Below, piece by piece: positions 10,189 to 19,566 of a DNA stretch of 32,000 nucleotides. Position 1 is the first letter of the stretch. Each line of letters starts with the position of its first letter. Source of the DNA: Calothrix sp. PCC 7716. GTDB lineage: Bacteria; Cyanobacteriota; Cyanobacteriia; Cyanobacteriales; Nostocaceae. Location: NCBI GenBank assembly GCA_019977735.1, contig AP025018.1:4746580-4778579 (forward strand), in the 5' to 3' direction. The position numbers were made by a program, and so were the translations under genes. A model generated the notes under the pieces. It was not told the origin of the DNA, did not search any database, and saw only the letters and a list, made by a program, of their open reading frames with translations.

Positions 10189-10479
10189 ATGGAAGAGACC
10201 AGAAAAGTCGCAAATCGGAAGCGAGGTTCGCAGTTAAGCATTAGAATTGACGCGACGCTTTACGATGAGTACAAAGCCCTAATAGAACAAGAAGGCTTGA
10301 CGCTAACTAGTGATATAGAGGGTTACATGAAAAATCGCCTGGGTAAGAAAGAGCTAACCAACGTCATCGACATTCAAAAATTTAATCAGCTAGAGAAGGA
10401 TATAGCCGATTTGAAAGAGACGGTGGGAAAGTGGAACATGAACTCGCAGCTGAGAATAGAAAACTCAAGAGCGAGTTAG
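10189..10479 (+). CDS. Small ribbon-helix-helix-like DNA-binding protein
   Basis: 96-aa ORF; GSQLSIRIDATLYDEYKALIEQEGLTLTSDIEGYMKNRLG resembles RHH/CopG-type folds; C-terminal coiled-coil. Confidence 0.55.
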   Translation: MEETRKVANRKRGSQLSIRIDATLYDEYKALIEQEGLTLTSDIEGYMKNRLGKKELTNVIDIQKFNQLEKDIADLKETVGKWNMNSQLRIENSRAS

Positions 10480-10567
10480 AGCAAATACTTACCAAAGTGC
10501 AAAATTTAGTTGACACAGGAAACAGTTCACCCTCTGCTATTCGCGGAGGGTGAAACTTTTAAATAAC

Positions 10568-10579
10568 ATGTCTAGACAT
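10568..10579. promoter_or_regulatory. 12-bp perfect palindrome ATGTCTAGACAT
   Basis: Read directly from sequence; contains TGTCTAGACA. Confidence 0.55.
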
Positions 10580-11030
10580 TATATATTTTTGTCTTGTAAA
10601 TATGCTAGACTATGGCAAGACACTTTAGAGAAATAAGCGCTCACTAGTGCAGGCTCTTTAAAGTTCGCCAGGTAGCAGGTGTCCGCGCTTTGGATAGTCG
10701 GCGCCTGTGAAACTGGTTTCCATACTCAAGGAAAACGTTTTATGGAAATTTTGCAGCAAAACAACCAGATTGGAGAGCTTCCGTGTTGCCATCTTGGCTC
10801 TTCCTACACAAACGGTTCCACTACTACGCACCAAAAAGGTTGTCCTGCGTGTGTTCAGTGGTTATTCAAAAACGATAGACGTACTGAGACCATCCATAAG
10901 TTTGTGTTGGGGGAACAAGGACATATGAATTAATAGCTGGACTTATATGGGTACTGAATCCAAAATGAGTAATTTTTATGACTGTGTGTTTCTTTGCAAC
11001 CTATTTAATGGTGTAAATAGCGCAAAAGGA

Positions 11031-11261
11031 TTATGAATTGTCCTCCTTATGTTTATTGGTGGGGGGATGCGGCTGATTTTGTTGAACATATTCCCTTACA
11101 AACTCAATAATTGCTTCGTTCATGTTTTTGCCATTTAAAGCGCAGGCTGCTTTAAATTGCTCTCGAAGAGACCTGTCGGGAAAAGTAATTTTTAATGTTG
11201 CTGCTGGCTCAGGTTTTTTCGTGTCTGACACTGGGATGTTTGATACTAATGGGTTATACAT
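11031..11261 (-). CDS. Small RHH/ParG-like protein
   Basis: 76-aa ORF; TLKITFPDRSLREQFKAACALNGKNMNEAIIEFVREYVQQ fits a beta-strand + two helices RHH fold. Confidence 0.6.
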   Translation of the reverse strand: MYNPLVSNIPVSDTKKPEPAATLKITFPDRSLREQFKAACALNGKNMNEAIIEFVREYVQQNQPHPPTNKHKEDNS

Positions 11262-11729
11262 CCCAAATTATCCACCTTTTATTAGGTCTTTCCTGAAAAT
11301 ATGGCATATGGGATGAATATCCCGTTTGCATTAAACATCCCTTATGCTGTATTATAGCTATGTAAGATTAATTTCACTCAAAAATCTTACGTTGACTAAA
11401 AAGCAACACAAAGCGTGTGTTTTCTTCGTATGCCAAAAATCGCCTTAATCCTATTTTTAGTAAGGATTAGGCGTATTCCATCAGAGTAATTGGAGGAAAT
11501 AATATTGATACAACCGCGATTGGCACCAAATGCTCCAAAATACTCCAGAAACACCTGTGGGCAATGATGAGGGCGTATCTGAAAACTAGTTAAAGGTGCT
11601 TGCTCTCTTGCAATCAAAAAGGCAAGGACTTTTTAGAATTCGTTTCTGGCAGTTTTCATACACAATCTCAAAAATGTTGAAGATTTATTAACTTTCAAGA
11701 CAACTAATATTTTACGAGCGTAGAAATTT

Positions 11730-12323
11730 ATGAATAATCTACCGATAAACAGCCTTCCATCAAAAAGGATGGCGCCACGTGACTTCCTGCGTAACCTACT
11801 AATTGGGCACAATCTACAGGAAACTGAGTATCTCAGGCAAGAAATGGAACGAGGACACAAAACACTGTGTGCGAAAGTTCTCTCTTGTTTGCTGGGAGTA
11901 AGTATGTCAACGATTCGATGTGGATGGGGCACATTAGATTTTGAAACAATGCCTGAATACTACAAGCTCGTTTTAGGATACATAAGTACTGCGAAAATAG
12001 ATTTGCTACACGCAAGTAACATAAAAAGCGGCGCCTACAAGCCAGAAACCATCGAAGCGCAAGAATTTATCGAATACGCGCTCTCACTAAGTAATCTATT
12101 CGGTGATGAAAGAGATATAAGACTTTCAAAAAATGGTTTTTTCCACGAGTGCGCGCGGGCACTAGCTTCTTCGACAGGATTCGATTACAAAACAGTAGTG
12201 TTATGGGGTAATGACATTCGTTTCCATAAAATGCCGCGCGAACATAGGCGTACTTTATATTACGCAAAATTAGCAATTCAAACATCGATGAGCCAGCAGC
12301 CTAAACAGTTAGTTGCTGCATAA
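11730..12323 (+). CDS. Hypothetical protein
   Basis: 197-aa ORF, plausible start and composition; LSCLLGVSMSTIRCGWGTLDF may be HTH-like. Confidence 0.55.
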   Translation: MNNLPINSLPSKRMAPRDFLRNLLIGHNLQETEYLRQEMERGHKTLCAKVLSCLLGVSMSTIRCGWGTLDFETMPEYYKLVLGYISTAKIDLLHASNIKSGAYKPETIEAQEFIEYALSLSNLFGDERDIRLSKNGFFHECARALASSTGFDYKTVVLWGNDIRFHKMPREHRRTLYYAKLAIQTSMSQQPKQLVAA

Positions 12324-12641
12324 AGATAGTCTAGGTTCGCACTTTTGAATGATACTTGGGAAAAAAGTTGAAATTTGAACAAAAAACTAGACCCTAGTCA
12401 TACTATTTTTACGTCTCTGGTCTATGTACTATCTAACAAAAATACTTCAAAATGGAGATTAGACTTTTAGGATTTTAGGGTAACGACATACCAAACTAGC
12501 TCACGCGAAAATCGAACACCAACTCTTATATAAGCGAGCGGGTTTATACATTAATTTCTTTCAAATACCACAATTCCCGTTCAAAGTGTCAATAAACACG
12601 GATATCTTTGTACACCTAAGTAAATACATGGTATCGATATT

Positions 12642-12890
12642 ATGTACACAGCGGCGCCATTTACACCAACTTTCGACTACTCTAAATTTGAAAATCAGCA
12701 TTTAGCAGCAAAAGCTTCAGAGGCTCTTGGTAACTTCAAAAGTTTTGTTCGTCAAACCTTCGACGGTATCATTCAAATAGGACAGGAATTACAAGAAATC
12801 GAAGAACAATGCCTTACTCTAGGTAAAAACGGCAAGAAGGTTTTTAAGCAATGGCTCGACAGCAACCAGTTTGGTAAAGCAATACAGTAA
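12642..12890 (+). pseudogene. 5' fragment of a gene interrupted by the recombinase/DnaB element (DUF3102-like N-terminus)
   Basis: Ends ...GKNGKKVFKQWLDSNQFG|KAIQ*; the continuation FG|ASAYIARSAMQLHNW... is found at 19,576. The last four codons come from the element. Confidence 0.85.
12868..12874 (+). repeat. Left junction direct repeat AGTTTGG (candidate attL core)
   Basis: Same heptamer at 19574-19580; reading frame of the host gene is continuous across the two copies. Confidence 0.8.
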
Positions 12891-12979
12891 AGATTTGTTA
12901 AACAACAACAACAGCAATCGATTTTTTATATACCGTTAAATTATAAGCTTATACAAATAAAAATTTTATACGACGTAAA

Positions 12980-14065
12980 ATGCGGTTAGTACTTCAGAAG
13001 GGTATTGACCCTTATACAGGCGCGACAGTTTGGGTAATGCTTGACTCTGATTACCAAGTCATAGAACCGATTCAGCGATACTTAACTTACCTGTGTAGTT
13101 TAAAATCTCCGAACACGGTGGAGACTTACGCCTATGGACTAAAAGCTTGGTGGGAATTTTTATTAAGCAAGAACTTAGATTGGCGTTCAATAGAGCTTTC
13201 TGATTTACAAGATTTTGTTTACTGGTTAAGAGTTGGAGAGACTGGCGATATTATTTCAATGCAACTAGTTCAAGCAAAAAGGTCAGAGCGTAGTATTAAT
13301 TTGACAATTACTGCTGTAACGACTTTTTATGAATACCATGTAGCTTGTAAAAATATTGACCCAGTAGAATTTATCGCTATTTCAGCATGTAAAGGAGCAG
13401 TTCGTAAAGGTTTACTAACAGGTATTGGAAAATCCAAGCCCAGAAGGGAGATGTTAGTTAAACTGAGAGAACCAAAAAAGTTTCCAGGTTGTTTAAGCGA
13501 TAAAGAAATTGAAATATTAGTGAATGCTTGCAACAGATTAAGAGATAAACTTATCATTCTAATGCTTAATAGCACAGGAATGAGAAAAGGAGAACTATTA
13601 GGGTTGTGCCATTCGGATGTGGGGGATAGAGGCAATAATATAGTTCAAGTAGTTAAAAGGCTAAACAACCCCAATTTAGCAAGAGCAAAGGGTAATTCAA
13701 GACCTATCCCTGTGCCATTAGAATTGCTAAAAATGTACAATGATTATCTAATTTATGAATACCCTGATATTATATCAGATTACGTATTTGTAAATATTTG
13801 GGAAGGTGAGATAGGAGCGCCAATGAACCCCAAAGTGTTGAATACAATGTTTAGCAGGTTAACAAAAAAGACAGGAATAAAAGTGTACCCACATCTTTTT
13901 CGTCATACATATGCAACTCGTTTAATTAAAGCGGGCTATTCAGCAGATAGAGTGAAGTACTTATTAGGACATGCATCAATTCAAACAACTTTAGATATTT
14001 ATAATCATGTGATTGAAGAAGATAAATTAATCTCAGTAATAGAAAGAGAAGAGAGGATAGAATGA
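12980..14065 (+). CDS. Tyrosine recombinase/integrase (Tn554 TnpA-like, 361 aa)
   Basis: STGMRKGELLGL (Arg I), HLFRHTYATRLIKAG (HxxR), GHASIQTTLDIYNH (box with His and catalytic Tyr). Confidence 0.93.
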   Translation: MRLVLQKGIDPYTGATVWVMLDSDYQVIEPIQRYLTYLCSLKSPNTVETYAYGLKAWWEFLLSKNLDWRSIELSDLQDFVYWLRVGETGDIISMQLVQAKRSERSINLTITAVTTFYEYHVACKNIDPVEFIAISACKGAVRKGLLTGIGKSKPRREMLVKLREPKKFPGCLSDKEIEILVNACNRLRDKLIILMLNSTGMRKGELLGLCHSDVGDRGNNIVQVVKRLNNPNLARAKGNSRPIPVPLELLKMYNDYLIYEYPDIISDYVFVNIWEGEIGAPMNPKVLNTMFSRLTKKTGIKVYPHLFRHTYATRLIKAGYSADRVKYLLGHASIQTTLDIYNHVIEEDKLISVIEREERIE

Positions 14066-15519
14066 ATCAAATAGATTTTCTAGATAACTTTCATAGCATA
14101 CTGCCAAGTCCAGAAAGTAAACAGATTTTTGAGAATCCTTTACTAAAACAAGATATATGGTCAACAAAGGATTTGGGGCTGAAAATAAGAGAGCATAACA
14201 GATGTTTGACATTGAACTTTAATGAGTTATCTCAAGATTGGTTCAAATTTTTAGTAAAACTTTATGTTTTATTAAGAGCATTACGTAAAATATCTCTTGG
14301 AACAATTCAGAATGAGATACAGAAATTTAGGCAATTTTCCAGATTTATGAAGCAGTATTCTATCAATAACATTGAAGAAATTAATGAGCAATTATTTGAT
14401 TCGTTTAATGAATATTTGCTTTTTCAAAAGCTGAAAAAGAATACAATTACGGGTTATTACATCGCGCTTAGTAATTTCTTTAACATATGTCGTGGTGAGG
14501 GGTGGCTTGAAGTTAATACTTTCTGGTTTCAAGGTCGTTTAATACGTTTTCGCCCCAATAATGACGAAGTAGACTATATTCCTGAAGATGTTTGGAATCA
14601 ATTAGACCAAAACCTTAATAAATTACCAGAACCTATACAACGAATGGTTTTACTAATTAGAACGACAGGTATGAGAATAGGGGAGCTACTTAACTTACCT
14701 TTTGATTGCTTGCGAAGAAGAGGTAAACAATGGTGTTTACGATTGACTACTGAAAAGTATGATATAGAGGACGAATTACCTATTTGTCCAGAATTAGTCA
14801 GTGTTATAAGAGAACAGCAAAACTACATAAAAGAGAATCTTGGTGCTATTTACGATAAATTATTTTGCAGTAATGGTGGTCATGGGATATCAGATTTTTA
14901 TCCGAAACCAAAAGTGATGTCTGGAGAAAGTTTTAATAAATGGTTGAACAGATTATCAGGTGATTGTAATATTTGTGCGAAAGGAAAAACAGAGCCTTGG
15001 AAATTTAAATCTCATCAATTTCGTAAAACAGTCGCAACTATAATGACGAATAATGGTATTAGGGATTTAATAATTCAAAAATATCTTAGACACCGTTCTC
15101 TTGACATGCAAAATTATTATAAACATTTGCTAAAACAAGTGTTAGAAGCAGAATATGAAGAGTTAATGCGGGAGAAAAAATATATTGATATTTCAGGTCA
15201 TATAGTAGCTACTTACAAACCTGATAATCCAGTGACTGAATTGATGCGTCGTAAAATGCACTCGATTACAACTATATATGGAGAATGTCATCGTCCGATT
15301 TTAAAGAATCCTTGTGAAATTGTAAATGCTTGCCTACACTGTCAGCATCTACATATTTCCATTGATGATTTACCTTTTCTTAAGCAAGACTTAAAGCGAG
15401 TAGAGTCCGAATTAGAAATTGCAAAAAAATTAGGAATGATTAGACAACAGCAAGGGTTGGAATCCGATTACAAACGTTTAATAACTCTAATACAATTGTT
15501 GGAAACTAGTAATGATTAA
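14062..15519 (+). CDS. Second tyrosine recombinase (485 aa)
   Basis: TTGMRIGELLNLPFDCL, HQFRKTVATIMTNNGIRDLIIQKYLRHRSLDMQNYYKH; C-terminal Cys-rich segment; ATGA overlap with the upstream gene. Confidence 0.9.
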   Translation: MNQIDFLDNFHSILPSPESKQIFENPLLKQDIWSTKDLGLKIREHNRCLTLNFNELSQDWFKFLVKLYVLLRALRKISLGTIQNEIQKFRQFSRFMKQYSINNIEEINEQLFDSFNEYLLFQKLKKNTITGYYIALSNFFNICRGEGWLEVNTFWFQGRLIRFRPNNDEVDYIPEDVWNQLDQNLNKLPEPIQRMVLLIRTTGMRIGELLNLPFDCLRRRGKQWCLRLTTEKYDIEDELPICPELVSVIREQQNYIKENLGAIYDKLFCSNGGHGISDFYPKPKVMSGESFNKWLNRLSGDCNICAKGKTEPWKFKSHQFRKTVATIMTNNGIRDLIIQKYLRHRSLDMQNYYKHLLKQVLEAEYEELMREKKYIDISGHIVATYKPDNPVTELMRRKMHSITTIYGECHRPILKNPCEIVNACLHCQHLHISIDDLPFLKQDLKRVESELEIAKKLGMIRQQQGLESDYKRLITLIQLLETSND

Positions 15520-17347
15520 TATTAACTGGAAGACCGATTATCATCGTGAATTTACATGTCCTAATTGTGGCCAAAAAAGCTTAGTATTACAAGGCACTAC
15601 TAACTATAAACGGAGATTTCAATGTAAAAACTGTAAAAAATATGTCAACAATTCTTGCAATGTAAAAATAGATATTAATACAGTTCAATCAAAAATAAAT
15701 TGGCGTACAGACTATAAAGTTGGTGAGTTTGCTTGTCCTAATCCTAATTGCCATGATCGAAATGTTAGACTTAGTGGCAAAGACAGTCATTCTGGTAAAA
15801 AATTTTTTCAATGTAAAACTTGTTTAGCCACGGCAGTAGAGTCGAATGGCTTAACATCTGCCAATTTAAGTAAATATACTAACACAAAACCTAACATAAA
15901 ACCTTTCAATTTTAATGATGCTCAATGGGATTTAAGAGCAATTAATCTTTTGTACAACGAACGCACAAAAGTCACAATTATAAATTTTGATTTAATTAAA
16001 GTTGATTGGTTAAAATTGTTTGTAAAAAAATATATTTATCAGCAGTGTCAAAGAGAAAGCTCTCATGATACAATCAATAGAAAATTCTATGTTCTTTTCA
16101 AATTTTCTGAATATTTATTTAGACGGTGTGTTTTAACAATCGAGCAAATCAGTCGTGATATAATTCGAGACTTTGTTTATAACTGTACTAGAAGCAATGG
16201 AGAAATACGTAGAAACTTAGGCGCATTAAAAGATTTTTTTACAACAGGAAATTTGCATAATTGGTTTAAAATCAGTCAAGATATAGTCAGAAATGAAGAT
16301 TATCCAAAAAAGAAAATAAAGAATCCGGACCCAATTTCTGACACTGTTAGATTACAAATAGAAAGTAATTTAAAGAAATTACCTGAGCCAATTGCAAGAA
16401 TGTGGGTAGTAGCATTTTTCACAGCAGTAAGACCCGAGGAGTTAGCCTTTTTAAAAAAAGATTGTTTAATTCAAGATGGCGGTCATTGGAAAATTATTTG
16501 GCACAGAAATAAAACCAAAGATAAACATGAAGTACCTGTAACAAGAATTATTGCAAAGGTAATTCAAGAGCAGGTGGAATATATTGAAGAACTTTGGGGT
16601 AATGATTGGCCATATTTATTCTGTCATTATCAAGGCATATCAAAAAATGACATAAATCATCCGAAAATTCAACCTGTAAAAAAAGTAATATCTTCAAACA
16701 ATAACCCACTCAAACGAGCTATTTGTTGTTTAATTATAACAGAAAATATTCGAGATGATAATGGTGAACTAGCAACATTTAGTCCTAGTTTAGTACGACC
16801 AACTCGTTTAACCCAACTTTTTGAGCAGGGGCATGACCTTGCTGTTGTTAGCACATGGGCAGGACATAAACAGTTAGCAACAACAAGCCTTCACTATACA
16901 AAAGTCAGTTGCGAGTTAATTGAGAAAGAAGCAGGACATATTCAAAAAGTTCTAGTTAACACTGATGGTAAGCCTTTACATTATGAATCAATGCCTAAAA
17001 CTTTTTGGGAGAATCCTCGCGCTCATGAATTAAGTTTACCAGCCGACCATATCAACACTCCAATTTATGGTTATTGTGGTTTACCATTGAATGAAGATTG
17101 CAATAAGTTTCGTGCTTGTTATACGTGTCCCTGTTTTGTTCCAATACCTGAAAAATTAACCTTGTATATTACAAATCGTGATCAATTAAGAGCAAAAGAA
17201 TCAAGAGCTAGGCTGAACGGGCATGATGTATTAGTTGAACAATATGGACGGCAAGCCGACCAATTAGATAAAATTATTGCTATTTTAACAGGAGGTGACT
17301 ATGAACAAGGAATCAATAAGAGCAGCCAGGATAAAAACCTTAACTGA
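15512..17347 (+). CDS. Third, large tyrosine recombinase with two N-terminal zinc ribbons (Tn554 TnpB-like, 611 aa)
   Basis: CPNCG...CKNC and CPNPNC...CKTC modules; AVRPEELAFL, RPTRLTQLFEQGHDLAVVSTWAGHKQLATTSLHYTK; C-terminal Cys cluster YCGLPLNEDCNKFRACYTCPCF; ATG overlaps the upstream stop by 8 nt. Confidence 0.88.
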   Translation: MININWKTDYHREFTCPNCGQKSLVLQGTTNYKRRFQCKNCKKYVNNSCNVKIDINTVQSKINWRTDYKVGEFACPNPNCHDRNVRLSGKDSHSGKKFFQCKTCLATAVESNGLTSANLSKYTNTKPNIKPFNFNDAQWDLRAINLLYNERTKVTIINFDLIKVDWLKLFVKKYIYQQCQRESSHDTINRKFYVLFKFSEYLFRRCVLTIEQISRDIIRDFVYNCTRSNGEIRRNLGALKDFFTTGNLHNWFKISQDIVRNEDYPKKKIKNPDPISDTVRLQIESNLKKLPEPIARMWVVAFFTAVRPEELAFLKKDCLIQDGGHWKIIWHRNKTKDKHEVPVTRIIAKVIQEQVEYIEELWGNDWPYLFCHYQGISKNDINHPKIQPVKKVISSNNNPLKRAICCLIITENIRDDNGELATFSPSLVRPTRLTQLFEQGHDLAVVSTWAGHKQLATTSLHYTKVSCELIEKEAGHIQKVLVNTDGKPLHYESMPKTFWENPRAHELSLPADHINTPIYGYCGLPLNEDCNKFRACYTCPCFVPIPEKLTLYITNRDQLRAKESRARLNGHDVLVEQYGRQADQLDKIIAILTGGDYEQGINKSSQDKNLN

Positions 17348-18158
17348 AACACAATTAATAAGAAAACAAGAGACTTTACAAAAAGTTTATACAGCAATCG
17401 AGCGTTTGCAAAAAAACGGTGCAAAAATTAACTTTCAAACTATTGCCAAAGAAGCGAACGTTAGTGTTCCATATTTGTATAAATACCCGGAATTAAAAGC
17501 ACATATAGCTCAATTACGTAACCAACAATCATCAATGTCATCAAGCACGACAGTACAACCCCCTGTTACTGCTAAAACCCACTCTCAAATAGTTGAGCGT
17601 TTGAAAAAACGTATACATGAATTAGAAGCGGATATGAGCGAGATTAAGCGAAAAAATGAAGCATTAGCAGGGCAAGTTTATAGAGTACATTCCTTGCAAG
17701 AGCAAGTTGAACGTCAAAGAGATATAATAGAAACCTTAGAAAATCGTTTAAAATCAGCCAATCAACAAGTAAGTGAAAGTAAAGTTATTCCTCTAAATAA
17801 AAAATCAGTGGTTATAAGTGAGCGTATATTAGGTGAACTGAATCAAATAGGAATAGAACTAAACAGTAACTTAACTAATCTGATTAAAGCTGCTACAGAA
17901 TCAGAGATTTTAGCAGCTATTGAATATTATAAATATGAACAAGAACGAATAGATATTGAAAATCCTGGTGGGTGGTTAGCGCGTGCAATAAAAGGTCGTT
18001 GGAAGAAACCTGATAAATCACAACAAACCTCAGAGCCTGCAAAAGTACCAAAACAATCTGAAATATTTTCATCATCTACTCAAGTAGGTAGAGAATTTGT
18101 ATCTCTAGAAGAACTTACGAATATTAGTACTATATTTGGCGATAAATCAGATGACTAA
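17301..18158 (+). CDS. TnpC/DUF6262-like transposition accessory protein (coiled coil)
   Basis: VYTAIERLQKNGAKINFQTIAKEANVSVPYLYKYPELKAHIAQLRNQ is the typical N-terminal HTH-like region. AGGAGG 5 nt upstream of ATG 17301 favours this start over the GTG at 17295. Confidence 0.8.
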   Translation: MNKESIRAARIKTLTETQLIRKQETLQKVYTAIERLQKNGAKINFQTIAKEANVSVPYLYKYPELKAHIAQLRNQQSSMSSSTTVQPPVTAKTHSQIVERLKKRIHELEADMSEIKRKNEALAGQVYRVHSLQEQVERQRDIIETLENRLKSANQQVSESKVIPLNKKSVVISERILGELNQIGIELNSNLTNLIKAATESEILAAIEYYKYEQERIDIENPGGWLARAIKGRWKKPDKSQQTSEPAKVPKQSEIFSSSTQVGREFVSLEELTNISTIFGDKSDD

Positions 18159-19464
18159 TAAGATACCTCCACAAAATCTTGAAGCAGAGGAAAGCATACT
18201 TGGTGGTTGTTTACTAGACCCCAATGCTATTGGCAGAATTGCTGATATTTTAATCCCAGAAGCCTTTTATTTTTCTGCTCACCAACAAATTTATAAAGCA
18301 ATGTTAGAATTATATAATCATTCATTACCAACTGATTTATTAACAGTTACTTCTTGGCTGTCTGACCACAAATTATTAACTAAAGTTGGCGGCAGAAATC
18401 AGCTAAGTAAATTAGTTGAGAGTACAGTATCAGCCGTAAATATAGACCATATAGCAAACTTAGTTGTGGAGCAATATCAACGTCGGCAGTTAATTAGTGT
18501 CGGTTATGAAATTGTCGAATTAGGTTATGATGTCACATTTAAAATTCAAGAAGTTTTAGAGCAGTCCGAAAGTAAAATTTTTAATTTAACTTCAAACAAA
18601 CAAGATAAATTTAAACCACAATTAATAAGTGATTGCCTTCGTGAAGTATTTCAAGAGTTAAAACAAGGATATACTCCAGGTTATCCGACTGGATTAAAAG
18701 ACTTAGATGGATTAATTGGAGGATTAAATAAACAAGATTTAATTGTAATTGCTGCAAGAGCATCAATGGGTAAAACTTGGTTGGGTTGTTATTTTGCAAA
18801 TTATATTGCCATACAGCAACAGTTACCTGTTGTTTTCTTCTCTGCTGAAATGTCCTCTTCACAATTAACCAAAAGATTTTTAGCCATACATTCAGGTATT
18901 GATTCTAGCAGGCTAATTCGTAACCAAATATATCAGGACGAGATAGATAGCTTAAAACAAGCTTTGTGTACTTTGCTCAGATTACCTATTGTCATCGATG
19001 ATACACCTGCACTTTATCAAAATCCCGGACGTATATGTTCTGTACTGCGAAGAATTAAGTCAGAGCGAGGTAATTTAGGCTTAGTCGTTATGGATTATAT
19101 TCAAAAACTTGGTGATAGAGCAGTAAGTAATAGAGCGCAAGCAGTTGGCAAATTCTCCGGCGCATTTAAAGACATTGCTAAAGAATTTGACGTTCCATTT
19201 ATAGCTTTAGCTCAAATTAATAGAGGTGTAGAAAGCCAAACAAATAAACGCCCAACGATGGCGGATATAAAAGACTCAGGTGATATAGAACAAGATATGG
19301 ATATTGGATTACTTCTTTATCGAGATGAGTATTACAATCCAGATACACAAGATAAAGGAGTAATGGAGATTAACGTTGCTAAAAATCGCAATGGCGCCAC
19401 AGGAACTTGTAAAGTCTCATTAGACCCAATTATTGGAACTTTTCGCGATATCACAGTTTCTTAA
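18151..19464 (+). CDS. dnaB: DnaB-type replicative DNA helicase encoded on the element
   Basis: N-term KIPPQNLEAEESILGGCLLDPNAIGRIADIL; Walker A VIAARASMGKT; Walker B LGLVVMDYIQKL; KDIAKEFDVPFIALAQINRGVE; DSGDIEQDMDIGLLLYRDEYY. ATG at 18151 overlaps the upstream stop by 8 nt (track start 18136 is a TTG). Confidence 0.9.
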   Translation: MTNKIPPQNLEAEESILGGCLLDPNAIGRIADILIPEAFYFSAHQQIYKAMLELYNHSLPTDLLTVTSWLSDHKLLTKVGGRNQLSKLVESTVSAVNIDHIANLVVEQYQRRQLISVGYEIVELGYDVTFKIQEVLEQSESKIFNLTSNKQDKFKPQLISDCLREVFQELKQGYTPGYPTGLKDLDGLIGGLNKQDLIVIAARASMGKTWLGCYFANYIAIQQQLPVVFFSAEMSSSQLTKRFLAIHSGIDSSRLIRNQIYQDEIDSLKQALCTLLRLPIVIDDTPALYQNPGRICSVLRRIKSERGNLGLVVMDYIQKLGDRAVSNRAQAVGKFSGAFKDIAKEFDVPFIALAQINRGVESQTNKRPTMADIKDSGDIEQDMDIGLLLYRDEYYNPDTQDKGVMEINVAKNRNGATGTCKVSLDPIIGTFRDITVS

Positions 19465-19504
19465 GACCGACCAAATTGCTACCAAAGTCCAAAAGCTTAA
19501 ATAT

Positions 19505-19566
19505 CGTTGTATAAAGTGTTAACAACAATCAATGCCTTATGTTGCAAACGTTGTATACGTTGTGTA
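19505..19566 (+). repeat. Three 9-bp repeats CGTTGTRTA at the right end of the element
   Basis: CGTTGTATA 19505-19513, CGTTGTATA 19549-19557, CGTTGTGTA 19558-19566 (the last two in perfect tandem), 7 bp from the junction repeat. Confidence 0.6.

Noticed and set aside
12968-13000. Element belonging to the classic nifD/fdxN/hupL element families
   Set aside because: Host gene is not nifD, fdxN or hupL, and the recombinase set (three tyrosine recombinases + TnpC-like + DnaB) does not match XisA, XisC or XisF/H/I arrangements; only the interruption geometry is similar.
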